DNA of 64,000 nucleotides, taken from assembly GCA_025594325.1 (NCBI GenBank), contig JANHCV010000001.1, forward strand, positions 3,596,001 to 3,660,000, in the 5' to 3' direction. A program made the position numbers and the translations under genes. A model generated the notes under the pieces. It was not told the origin of the DNA. It ran no database searches and saw only the letters and a list, made by a program, of their open reading frames with translations. The DNA comes from Blastocladiella emersonii ATCC 22665. Taxonomy: Eukaryota > Fungi > Blastocladiomycota. Position 1 is the first letter of the stretch; every line of letters begins with the position of its first letter. Below, piece after piece: positions 45,350 through 56,318 of this stretch.

Positions 45350-46157
45350 CCGCTGTACTTCAACCCGGATCACGACTCGCCGTACTTCTCCAACCCGAGC
45401 GACCAATTGTGCGTGTTGCGAAACGGACGCTCTACGTCGGCCCCGAGCGAGCCGAGCTCGTGGTCCCCGGGGCCGCGCTGACAACCAACTCGCGAATGCT
45501 CGCGCACTGATTCAGCGCCGCGGCCAAGGGCGGCTTTCGCGAAGCCCATGCCCTCCATCTCGCCGCCCGTCTTTGCCGCGCTCGTCGAGCAGCTGCTTCT
45601 CCTGGGTGCTCGACGAGCGCGGCGTGGTCACCGCAGCCCAAGCACGTCCTCTGACTCGCCGTCGCGCGCTTGTACCTCGACCTGCCGCGCGCCGTCGACG
45701 CGTGCTTCGATCTCTCGACACCGCACATTCTCGACATTGAAGAGTTTGGCAAGTTGCCAGCCGCCCTGATCCGCGCGCTCATACGCCGCACCGACCTCGT
45801 CGGACTCGTCCACGTCGATGCGCTGATTCGCAGCGACCCGGACCTGCACGCTCGGCATGGCTCGAGCAACTCGCCCGGATCCCCGACTACGACCTGTTAC
45901 TCTTTACGACGGCCGTTGACTGCAGCGTGGACGCGGCCGATGGATCCGCAGCGGCTGCAGCGGTGATACCCCCCTTTGATCTCCTTGCTTCGCCGCCGCG
46001 TTATCGCACACACGCCGCTCCCGCCACGCGTGACCGCAACATTGAAGCCGTCCATCTGCCTAAAATCGTCACCGACGACGACCTGCGGTGGATCGCGCGG
46101 CGTGCGCAAGCGCGTGGTGGGCGAAGAGCGGCGCGCACGAGCCGCACTTGCGACTGA
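45350..46157 (+). pseudogene. Decayed BTB/POZ-BACK-like gene
   Basis: Fragments in shifting frames: YFSNPSDQLCVL / MLAH*FSAAAKGGFRE / PSISPPVFAALVEQL / LAVARLYLDLPRAVDACF / ILDIEEFGKLPAALIRALIRRTDL / WLEQL, in BTB-then-BACK order. In-frame TGA at 45508-45510 and several frameshifts. Confidence 0.5.
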
Positions 46158-47240
46158 CGAAGTCTGTGTGACTAACTCCTCTCGTCACGCCGTTTCTTTC
46201 ACCAAGGAAGGTGGTAAACTCGTGCGCAACCAATCCGACAACTGCCGAGCCGGCCGACGAGTCAGTGACGATCGATACGAAACCTGACTTCGCGTCTGTT
46301 TCATGTGGCGCAACACGGTCACGTGGATCAGAGACGCGTCCTATCACCCTGAAGGTCGAAGCAAGTGCATCGGGCTTTCCACGCAAACTCTCATGTTTGT
46401 TCTCGGAACGGAATGATTATCACGAAAGGATTGCTGATGCAGATCAAGGAGCTCAAGTCATTGGGGCTCAGCCGCGCGAGTGATCGCACGCCTGATCCTG
46501 CTGCGGCGGGGGCACTTAAACCGCTCATTAGTGCGAGGGCGAAGAAAGGCTTCAATGAGTGCAGCGGGGTTCGCTCCTCGTGGCCAAGTCCCGGCGTGCA
46601 GAGCGAGAAGCGCATCGTTCGCCGCGAACGCTGCGCGCTCTCGCAACTCTGCGGGTCCACAACTCGCTTTCCTGATTACCGGCCAACATGCTTGATAACG
46701 CGAAAGGGCATCCCTCCGTACGTGCCTCACTCGCGCTACTTGCCGTGTGCCACCGCTCCGTCCTCGCAGGGTTTCCTGTCCCTGCGCATTCAGATTCCTC
46801 TCGAACTCTTGTCACGGACTTCACGCTGATTAACACGGACTCGTAAACAGAAGTGTGAGTGCAGCACTTCTCGCGAAAGTGACGGGGAAGCCATCGTCCC
46901 CCTCATCTCAAGCAGAACCCTCCCATCCTCGCATCTTGTATCGGAGCGCCGCGGTACGCCCGAGCCGAAACTCTTGTCTGTTTTAGCGCAAAAAGTTGAC
47001 CTCTTGTTTGTCAAAGGGGCTTTTGCGCTACTCGCTCACCATGCCATGGTCAACCTCAGCTGGTTTGTGTCATCCTCGTGCGCGATGCCGTTAGCGTCAG
47101 TCAAGATGGTCTACCGCGGCGCCTCGCTCCCCTGGCTCGTGATCGAGCTGACAGCAACGCGACACCTACGCATCGCCTCCTACTCGAACGAAGATTCTGA
47201 TTCCCATCACCGCATTGAGCCGTGTCCGCCACAGTTGGAG

Positions 47241-47494
47241 ATGGCTCGCATTTTGACGGGCGTGGCGGTCCTCGTTGTCCTCATCGTCACTTGGGCTGCT
47301 TTCTGGATCCAGACGGCCTCGGTGGTCATGGCACTGTTCGGCGGTGGCGGAATACTTGCTGCTGTCTTGCTCTACAGGGCTGATGTTGCGGTGAGGCGCT
47401 ACCTTTTGAGTGCTCCACGGGATGATGAAGTACGCGTTTCTCCGTGCTCGCCGCGCACGATCAACTCACTCTCTCACAGGCACCTGCTGTGTAG
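47241..47494 (+). CDS. Possible small two-TM orphan protein (2 exons; start uncertain)
   Basis: MARILTGVAVLVVLIVTWAAFWIQTASVVMALFGGGGILAAVLLYRAD...DDE|APAV*. A GTACGC...CACAG intron (~47430-47479) splices in frame. Confidence 0.35.
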
Positions 47495-47684
47495 ATGGGC
47501 GGGCAACACGGGCCAGTAGTCGCGACAGGACCTTGTGGACGGAACAGGATATATAGAAAATAGTAGCAGGGAGACAAAGAGGTTAGGGAGGGAGAGGGGG
47601 ACGTGCGACGGGCGCGCGCGTGGCCGCGGTCGCGGTGCGTCGCGAGCGACCATGGTCAGCCACTCGCGGCCACACACACCCGAC

Positions 47685-49561
47685 TTACATGGGCTTCTGC
47701 ATCTTCTGCTGGAGCTCCTGGTAGTAGGCGAGCGACTTGCGGATCTGCGGGATCACGTCGCCCTCGAGCTGGGGCAGGACGCGGGCGAGGTGCTCGAACA
47801 GCGGGATCATGACGAACTGGATGAAGCCGACCTGGGCGCCGGGCTTGGTCACCTTGTCGCGGTCCATGAAGGGCGCGACGGGGAGGCCCTCGGCCTTCTC
47901 GCGGTCCGACTGCGCAAAGTACTCCTCGAGCAGGCAGTCGAGCCACGGCTCGGCCACGTCGGCGGGGCGCGCCTCGTTGCTGATGTCGGCGCACTTGACC
48001 ATCATGACGAGCAGCTGCATGCGGTGCTCCGGGTCCGTGAACGAGAAGTTGTCGGCCACCACCTTGAACTTGGCCATGATGTCGCCGTGCTTGGTCAGGT
48101 CCGTCGACAGCACACACCGCACAATGCCCTTGCGCGCCGCGTCGTACTCCTTGTCCGTCAGGTTCTTAAAGATGTTGCAGTCCTTGTTCCGGATGATCGT
48201 GAACCCGACCGCGCAGTGGTGGTTCTCGAGCGGCGACTGGTCGTTGTACACGGTCGCCAGCTCCGTGCGCGCGTTCACCTGGTACGCGTTGTTGAACCCG
48301 GGATGGTCAATGTCGTGGATGATGCTACGTGTTCGGGCGCGGTTGTGACGGGTCAGTGTGGTGTCGAGTCGCGGCGAGCGCGTCGATCAGTCGATGGCCG
48401 TGGCCAGCGTCCGTGCCCGTGCGCGCGGGAGTCGAGAGCGAGCATACCAGGCAACGAGGCCGATCAGGAGATCGATGGGCTCGACCTTGTCCATGATCTT
48501 GGTCACGTTCACGATGCCGTAGAACTAGAGCGACGAGCAGGAGAGCGAGGGTCAGCGTCGTCATCGAACCCAGTCCACACGGCCGCGCAGAAAAACGTAC
48601 CATCTGCGTGACGCAGAAGCAGTGGCGGAAGTTGTGGAACGGGTTGTTGTTGTAGTTGTCCTTGACCGTGTGCAGGAACCGCTTGAGCAGCGGCAGCTCG
48701 ATCTTGAACCGCTCAATGAGGCCGAGCTCGCTGAACATGTGCTCGATGAGGGCCACCATCTCGTTCTCCTCCCACTGCCAGTTGTTGAACGACGGCTGCT
48801 TGAGGTACGCCACCGTCTCGTCCGTGAACACGTACTTGGGCTGGTGCGTGAAGATGGGGTCGATCTTGGAGATGCGCTTGATCGTCTTGGACGTGACCTT
48901 GGTGGCGGGGAACTGCGACATGGTTAGGTTCTTCTCGGCCACCTAGACTCCACGACGACAACGATGGTCAGTGCTGTGGCTTCGGATCGCGGTCACAACA
49001 GCAGGAGCGTACCTCGACGCGCTTCTGGAACGAGACCAGCTGCTCGCGGAACGCCGAAATGTCGCGCAGCGGCTCGAGCTGCTTGGCAATGTCGTTGAGC
49101 TTGAGCTCGAGCGGCGCGAGCTTGCTCGCGATCTGCGCGTTCGTGTCCTTGGGCGAGGCTACTCGCGACGACGACAACGCTCGAGTCAGCATCCAGGCGG
49201 TGCAGCAGTGGCTATGGCCGGCGGCCACGGCGATCCACGCGTACCCGTCGCGCGCTTGACGCTAAGCACGTAGGGGTCCTTTTCCGTGTTGCCGGGGAGC
49301 AGCGGGCTCGGCGGGACCACGGTGCCGTCGGGCTTGGTCAGCTTGAAGACGACATCCTTGTCGTCGAGTGACAGCGACGCGAGGCTACACGCGAGCGGAG
49401 CGTGGTGAGCGGCATGGCCATCACCTCACCCCCACCGCGTACGGCGCGTACCTGTAGAGGATGGCGCGGACATCGTCGTTGGACGAGCCCGGGTACAGCT
49501 CAAAGGCCTCGGTCTTGTCGTCGAGCTTGACGTGGATGCGCGTGGGGCTCACTTTGGCCAT
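47685..49561 (-). CDS. PDE9-like cGMP phosphodiesterase; 6 exons
   Basis: Catalytic FHNFRHCFCVTQ, HDIDHPGFNN, ENHH, STD, KCADISNE, EEYFAQSDREK, AQVGFI. The N-terminal segment DGTVVPPSPLLPGNTEKDPY and KYVFTDETVAYLKQPSFNNWQWEENEM resemble animal PDE9A. Confidence 0.9.
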
Positions 49562-51181
49562 GTTGAGGGGTCGGGGGTCGGGTTGGATCACGGTCGCAGC
49601 GAGCGGGGGGAGTCGGCAGGCAGTGGGATCCGGGCGAGCGGGATAATGCAAGGATGCAGCTGCAATGGATCTGGAGCAGCGGTGGTGGTCACGGGCACGC
49701 GAGTGTCATACACGATCAAGCGAGAGAGCGAGGACGGCGTGAGCAAGGAAGGTCCGGGCGGCAACGTCGTCGAGTCCATCGCGAATGATCCATGGCGCGG
49801 GCAGCGAGCGGCGAGGGATCGAGGGTACCGACCGTGACAGTGAAGGGAGAGTCGCAGCACGTCGACGTCGTCGCGATCGAGAGAGCCTGGGTCGAGTGCG
49901 AAGAGGCGGCCCGAGTGTCAGAGGCAGGGTTCAGGGACGGCGAGCGGGGGAACGGGTGGCAGCAGCGGGTGCAGGGAGTCAAGTGTGCAGGGCGGGGAGG
50001 GCGAGCGTGTGCGTCGAGTCGGGGACGAAGAGCAGCAGCAGGGCAAGTGAGGCACGATCCAGGAGGAGGCGGTCGACACGCGGCTGGCCGGGGGGCACGG
50101 ACGCGATGCTTTGCTGAACGGGGCAGTCGGGTCAGGCCAGCACTCGCTGCTGCTGCTGTGGCGCGCGGTGCGGGCGAAAACGAGGGCACAAGGGGGGAGG
50201 GGATTTAGCACATACGAAGAGTTTTTCGTGCGGCGCGTCGGGCTCGCGAAATCAGAGGGAGCGAATGGAATCGAGGCGGGGCAGGGCGGACAACGAGTAG
50301 TGGGTGAGCACGAGCGGGCGGGGCGGGGCGGCGGGAGAGGTCACTGGGCGGCCGACTGGCGTGCTTGGCGGCGGGCAGCAGCGAGTCGGAGACGATTTTT
50401 GTTCCGCGCGTGGGCCGGTGCGGTCGGTGGCAGGGAGGAGCGGGCTGCGGGCAGCCCGATTGCGGGCGGCGGCGTGGGTTGAGATGGGGGGAGAGACGCG
50501 CCGCGGGCGGGAGACACGTCGAAACACGGTCACGCGTCGCGGCCGCCTTGACGCGTCGGGCAGCCCGCAAACGTGATTTACGCGTGCGCGTCTCCCGCCG
50601 CCGCGAGACACTTGCGTGCGTGTGCGAGACGCGCGCGCGCGGCCATCGTGATCGAAGATCCCCTCCCTCCCTCGCTCACGGACGGGCGGCCGACGCGACC
50701 AACGATGGCAATCGTGCGCACCGCGCCCGGCTCCCTGATCCGATGCACACCTTGGACCCGATTCGATGGTGCCGGCCTCGGCGGTCCCCAAAATCTCGAT
50801 CGATGCATGGCGCGGATCCCACACCAGGGTGGCCATCGTCTCCCTCGCCGTGAATGAGCACAACGGGCGACCATACTGGCAGGGTTTGGGGAAGCACGGC
50901 TCGGTGCGCGACAAGGTGCGCGACCCCGCCAAGTTTCGGTGCAACTGACGGGTATCCGGGCCTGAGCGAGATGCCGCGCGAGGAGATCCAGCATTGCAAC
51001 AGATTGAACGTTTACTCGAGAAAGGGAAGAGGGTAGTAGTAGGTGGGGCAAAGGAAGAGGGGGGGGGGAAGTTACGAGGATCACGGCGGTGGTCGAGCAC
51101 GCGGACGGGTGCAGAGTCGATCGGCGAAGCTGTACGCCGCCGCCACATGACACAACGCGACCGCCGCCCGGACGAGGCCAC

Positions 51182-52750
51182 TTAGTGCTTCTCCGTCGGG
51201 AGACGGCCCGGGAGATGGTACGAGTCGTGGCGGCGGTAGCGGCGGACGTACTCGATGGCGGCGTACTCGAGGATGGCGGGCTTGGCGACGCCGGCGTCGG
51301 CGAGGGTCAGGGCGCCCTGCTGCTGCGGGTGCTCGTCAATGTGCAGGCGGGTGACGACGTCGGGCGAGATCTTCGGGTAGGGCGAGATGGCGTCGACGAA
51401 CTTGGAGTACTGGGTGAAGGCCCACTTGGGCGGGTACACCTTGGAGATGGGGTTGCGCGTCAGCTCGACAAACAGGTCGACGAGCTCGTCGTAGCTGTAG
51501 GCCTTGGGGCCGTACAGGTCGTAGTTCTTGCCCGCGGCGGTGCTGTCAAAGGCAATGTGGGCGAGCGCCGAGCCGACGTCGCCGACGTACACGGGGCGGC
51601 GGATCGTCTTGCCCTCGTTGGGGACGGGCAGGGCGGGGAAGTTGGCGAGCCAGCCGATCTGGTGCAGGAAGCGGTCCTCGTGGCCGAAGAGCGTGGCCGA
51701 GCGCACAATGGTGGCGGAGGCAAACTCCTCGCGGACGGCGGCCTCGGACTGGGCCTTGGTGCGCAGGTACGCCGAGGGCGAGTCGGCGTTGGCGCTCAGG
51801 TGCGACATGTGCACGAGCGCGGGGACGCCCTCCTCGCGGCACACGTGGGCAATGTTGCGGGCCGAGTCGACGTTGGCGTTGGCGAACGAGTAGTTCTTGG
51901 TCTCGTAGTCGCGGCCAATCAGGTTGAACACCACGTCCGAGTTGCGCACGCACTCGGCGAGCTGCTTCTGGTTGTAGATGTCAAACTCCTACACGGCGGA
52001 CGAGCGCGTGCGTGTGTGCGTCAGGCGTCGCGTCGCGTCGCGGGAGACTCGCGCGCAAATGGCACGAACCAGCGAGGTGATCTGGCCGAGGTCGCCCATC
52101 ACCTTGAGGTGACGCTTGCTGTCCTCGTACGAGCGCCACGGGGTGACGACAGCCGAGCCGACCTGGCCTGTTGCGGGGATCAATGCACCCGACGGGAGCA
52201 AGGGCGGTATACACGGAATGGCGCGAGTCGGTGAGCTCTCGTCGCATTCCCGTGGACGTGAGGATCCGAGCGCGTACCGAGGCGGTTGACGAGGTAGCGA
52301 CCGAGGAAGCCGGTGCAGCCAAAGACGGTGACGGTCAGGCCCGAGACGGACGAGCGGCCGCCAGCGCCATACTTGATGGTGAGGGCGCCTAAACCAGCGC
52401 GAGTGTGCGAGTGAGCTCAGGTCACAGGGACACGGTGATCGAGGAGCAGGCACACACCCTGCTTGCTCGCGCGCGTCAAGTCCGAGATGTTGCGCTACAC
52501 GGACAAGCGGACGGCGATCGTCGGGCATGGTTATGTCGGGGTCCCCGAAGCGCTACGGCGGAGCGACGATGCGGGTGGAAGGTGGACCTACAGTGAAGAC
52601 CCGAGCTAATTTGGATCGAGCGGGCGATCGCCGAGGTGGTCAGCGAGCGCTCGTCAAGAGAGGGCCAGTGGCGGGTCGGCGGCCTCGCGCGCGACGGCGC
52701 CACCCCATGCATTCGGCGGTGCTCCATTGTCCCAACGCACCAGGATTCAT
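51182..52750 (-). CDS. NDUFA9: Complex I 39-kDa subunit (NDUFA9/NUEM); 6 exons including 10-nt (52741-52750) and 14-nt (52592-52605) micro-exons
   Basis: MNPA|RVFT|RNISDL...G|[64 protein letters not shown]. Five GT-AG introns traced; the N-terminal exons are less certain. Confidence 0.9.
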
Positions 52751-52993
52751 GTTGGCAAAGGCGCAGATGGGAGGCCACCGTGGGGGGCCGTGCCGGCTCG
52801 AGTGGGTCGGCGATGCAAAGGGCCGGCGCCGCGAGGGCCGACCGGAGCGCCGCTCCCAACAGCATCAGGTGACCGCAGCTGAACGCCGCCGCGCCGTTCG
52901 CCTTCGTCTGCTCGCCGCGCGTCGTTTCCGCACAACCGCCCTATGCATCGCGCTCGACACGAAGCTTGACCCCCTGCAACGGAATCAGCAACC

Positions 52994-54560
52994 ATGGATC
53001 TGCCCCTCCCACCAAGGCCGTCGGTCGAGGCCCTCCTCGCCGCGTCCACGAAGCGCACGCGGACCGCCTTCCCCGAGTTTGCGCCCGGTGTCTCTGTGCT
53101 CGAGGAACCCGCGAGGTACTCATCGCTCTCTGGTTCACCTTTGCAACGCGTCCTCACCGTGTGACCCTCCCGCGTAGTCAGCGCATGAAGCTGTCGAGCA
53201 AATACCAGTCCGAGTACGCGGCGGTGCAGGTCCTGCCATCCGCTGCCGCACCGCAGCCGTCACGTCAGAAGCAGATCCCCGGCGCACCCGCACCACCCGT
53301 CTCGGCAACTTCGGCCGCCGCCCCCAAGGCTGGCCAGCTCGCCCTCACGGCACCGCCATCCGCCGACGGGGCTGCATCTACAAAGGCCTCGTCCAACGCC
53401 CTCGCCGTCATCCCGGCACCGACGACGGCGCAGGGCAAGACGAACCCGAACGCGCTGATCCGGCTGGGCGAGACGCGCACGACGCCTGTGCCGCAGTGGC
53501 ACGCGCCGTGGAAGCTGATGCGGGTGGTGAGCGGGCACACGGGGTGGGTGCGCAGCATCGCCGTGGACGTGTCCAACGAGTGGTTCGTGACGGGCGGCGG
53601 CGACCGCCTCATCAAGCTGTGGGACCTGGCGTCGGGCCGGCTGCGGCTCACGCTCACGGGCCACATCTCGGCGATCCGCGGGCTCGCCGTCTCGGAGCGG
53701 TCGCCCTACCTCTTCTCGGCCGGCGAGGACAAGATGCTCAAGTGCTGGGACCTCGAGACCAACAAGGTCATCCGCCACTACCACGGCCACCTCTCGGGCA
53801 TCTACTCGCTCGCCCTCCACCCGACGCTCGATATCATGGCCTCGGGCGGTCGCGACTCGACCATTCGCGTACGTTTCTCCGTGTTCCCGTCGTCCGCCCC
53901 CCAAAGCTGACCTCACCCCCCCGTTCGTAGCTGTGGGACATTCGCACCAAACACCAGATCCACGTCATGACGGGCCACAACTCGACGGTCAGCAGCATCC
54001 TGATGCAGGGCGCCGAGTACCAGCTAATCACGGGGTCCAACGACGCGACCGTCAAGCTGTGGGACATCCGCATGAACAAGTGCAAGGGCACGCTGACCCA
54101 CCACAAGAAGTCGGTGCGCGCCCTCGCCATGCACCCGACCGAGTCCACGTTCGTGTCGGGCTCCCCCGACAACATCAAGCAGTGGGCGCTGGCCAAGGAG
54201 GACCCGCAGGCCGAGTTCCCCGCGTGCCGCTTCGTGCAGAATTTCTCGGGCCACCAGGGGATCGTCAACTGCCTCGCGGCCAACGACGACGGCGTGCTCT
54301 TCTCGGGCGGCGACAACGGGTCCATGCACTTCTGGGACTGGCGCACCGGGTACAACTTCCAGTCCGATTTCTCCAAGGTGCAGCCCGGGTCGCTCGAGTC
54401 CGAGGCTGGCATCTTCGCCGCCACCTTCGACCGGTCCGGGTCGCGCCTCATCACCTGCGAGGCCGACAAGACCATCAAGGTGTGGCGCAAGGACGAGCGC
54501 GCGACCCCCGAGACCCACCCGCTGCAGTGGAAGCCCGAGCTCAAGCGCACGCGGTACTGA
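52994..54560 (+). CDS. PRP46: Splicing factor Prp46/PLRG1 (WD40); 3 exons
   Basis: [85 protein letters not shown]. Confidence 0.95.
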
Positions 54561-54596
54561 GCGCGCTGGTGTCGTGTGGGTGCAATTGAATGATAT

Positions 54597-55158
54597 TCAC
54601 GGTTTTGATCCCTCCTCCGCTTCCTCAACAGCCCGTCGCGGCCGCCGGAGGTGCAGGTTCCGGCTCACCTCGCCGAGCGGCAGATCGTACAGGTCATACG
54701 CGTGCGAGACCCGCGTCCGCGCAAAGCAGTCAGTGACGCTCGCGGCCTCGCTCGGGTCGGGCGTCCCGCGCAGGATGTGCAGCTGCGTGTACACGAGGAC
54801 GAAGCACACGGTCACGATGCCCCACGACGGGACCGCGATGGCCCACCAGCTACGCGAGCGAGGGTGAGCCAGGGTTCGCCGTTGCGAGCGCTGGGCGTAC
54901 GCACCGGTCAGGGTAGTAGTAGATGCCGACGCGGTGCAGCACGCTGTCGGGCAGCAGTGCCCACGCCAGGTACGCGAGCCACGACAGCAGCGACAGCACG
55001 TAGACCACGAAGCCGTAGTACTCGGCCGACTGCGCCGGCGCGTTGTCGTCCTCGGGACCCGCCGTCAGCGGCCGCCGCGGGCTCGGCGAGCGCGGCGACG
55101 CGGTCGCGCTGCTGCTGCTGCGCGTGGTCTCGATGCGTGGTGGATCGCCGGCGGGCAT
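54597..55158 (-). CDS. GPI19: GPI-GlcNAc transferase subunit PIG-P/Gpi19; 2 exons
   Basis: AEYYGFVVY...YLAWALLP...L...GIYYYPDR|WWAIAVP...DLYDLPLGEVSR, the PIG-P signature. The start could also be 55182. Confidence 0.85.
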
Positions 55159-55258
55159 GTTAGGATGATCATCGCGCTTCATGATGGTCGGCGATGGCGA
55201 GAGAGCAAGGGTAGGTCGATGGCCGCTCGCTCTCTACTCCTCCGACCGAAGCAGCACC

Positions 55259-56278
55259 ATGACAACGAATGCAACTGCTCGCAACATGCTAGTCCCCGTG
55301 GCAAGCGAGCGCTGCCCCGTCCCCATCATCGGCCGTACGGTCCCTGCCTTCGCCATCACGAGCGCCGACGGCCCTCGCTGATCCCTGACGGCGTCGTAGT
55401 CGGGACGTACCGCATGACCGAGACCGAGTGCCGCGTCTCGGTGCCCGCCGCGATCCGCATGGGATACCGGCACATCGATACGGCCGCCGTGTACCGCAAC
55501 GAGGGGGCCATCGGCGAGGTTGTCGCCGACCTGGTCGCCAAGGGCGAGATCGCCCGCGAGGAGCTTTTCATCACGTCCAAGATCGGTACGCTGCGCACTT
55601 TCACATCCGCGGGCTAGACTGACACATCTCCCAAAAGCGCCCGCGGACCAGGGCGAGGACAAGGCGTACGCGGCGGTCCTGACGTCGCTGTCCAAGCTGC
55701 GCCTCGAGTACCTGGACCTCATGCTGATCCACTGGCCGGGCGCGTCCAAGCTTGCGCCCAGCTCGCCCGAGAACGCCGCGCTGCGCGCCGGGACGTGGCA
55801 GGCGCTCGAGCGGCACGTCCGCGAGGGTCGCGTGCGGCACATTGGCGTCTCCAACTATACCGTGGCGCACCTGGACCAGCTCGTCGCGCACGCGACGATC
55901 CCGCCCGCGGTGCTGCAGATCGAGCTACATCCGTGGTACGCGCCGGCGGATGTCCTGGCGTGGTGCAACGCGCACGGCGTCGTCGTCGAGGCGTACAGCT
56001 CGCTCGGCGAGGGTTACTTTGTTGACCGCGAGCGCGTGCCAGAGTTCCCCGAGGTCGACGCGCCCGCGGCACGGCTCGGCACGTCGCGCGCGGCGGTGCT
56101 CCTGGCGTGGGCGCGCACGCGCGGGTGGGTCACGCTGCCCAAGGCGCGCAGCGAGGCGCGGCTCCGCGAGGACCTCGCGTCCGCGGCCGTCGAGTTGCTC
56201 CCGGCCGAGGTCGCGGCGCTCGACGCGCTGACGGCCAAGGGGCACAAGTTTTGCTGGGATCCGGTGAGCGTGCTGTGA
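55259..56278 (+). CDS. Aldo-keto reductase; 3 exons
   Basis: PIIGLGTY, GYRHIDTAAVYRNE, REELFITSKI, LRLEYLDLMLIHWP, VRHIGVSNY, LQIELHP, VEAYSSLG, TLPKA. Confidence 0.93.
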
Positions 56279-56318
56279 GAAAATGTACATGTACAGGGTG
56301 TATTCGTTCCTCCATCCA

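Noticed and set aside
50766-50948. 60-aa plus-strand ORF (MVPASAVPKISIDAW...) upstream of the PDE9-like gene
   Set aside because: Short, no recognisable motif and no convincing splice partners; cannot be distinguished from chance or a relic.
52476-52865. ORF starting MLLGAALRSALAAPAL, resembling a mitochondrial presequence for NDUFA9
   Set aside because: It has no phase-compatible canonical donor to the downstream exons, whereas ATG 52750 with GTGCGT splices in frame.
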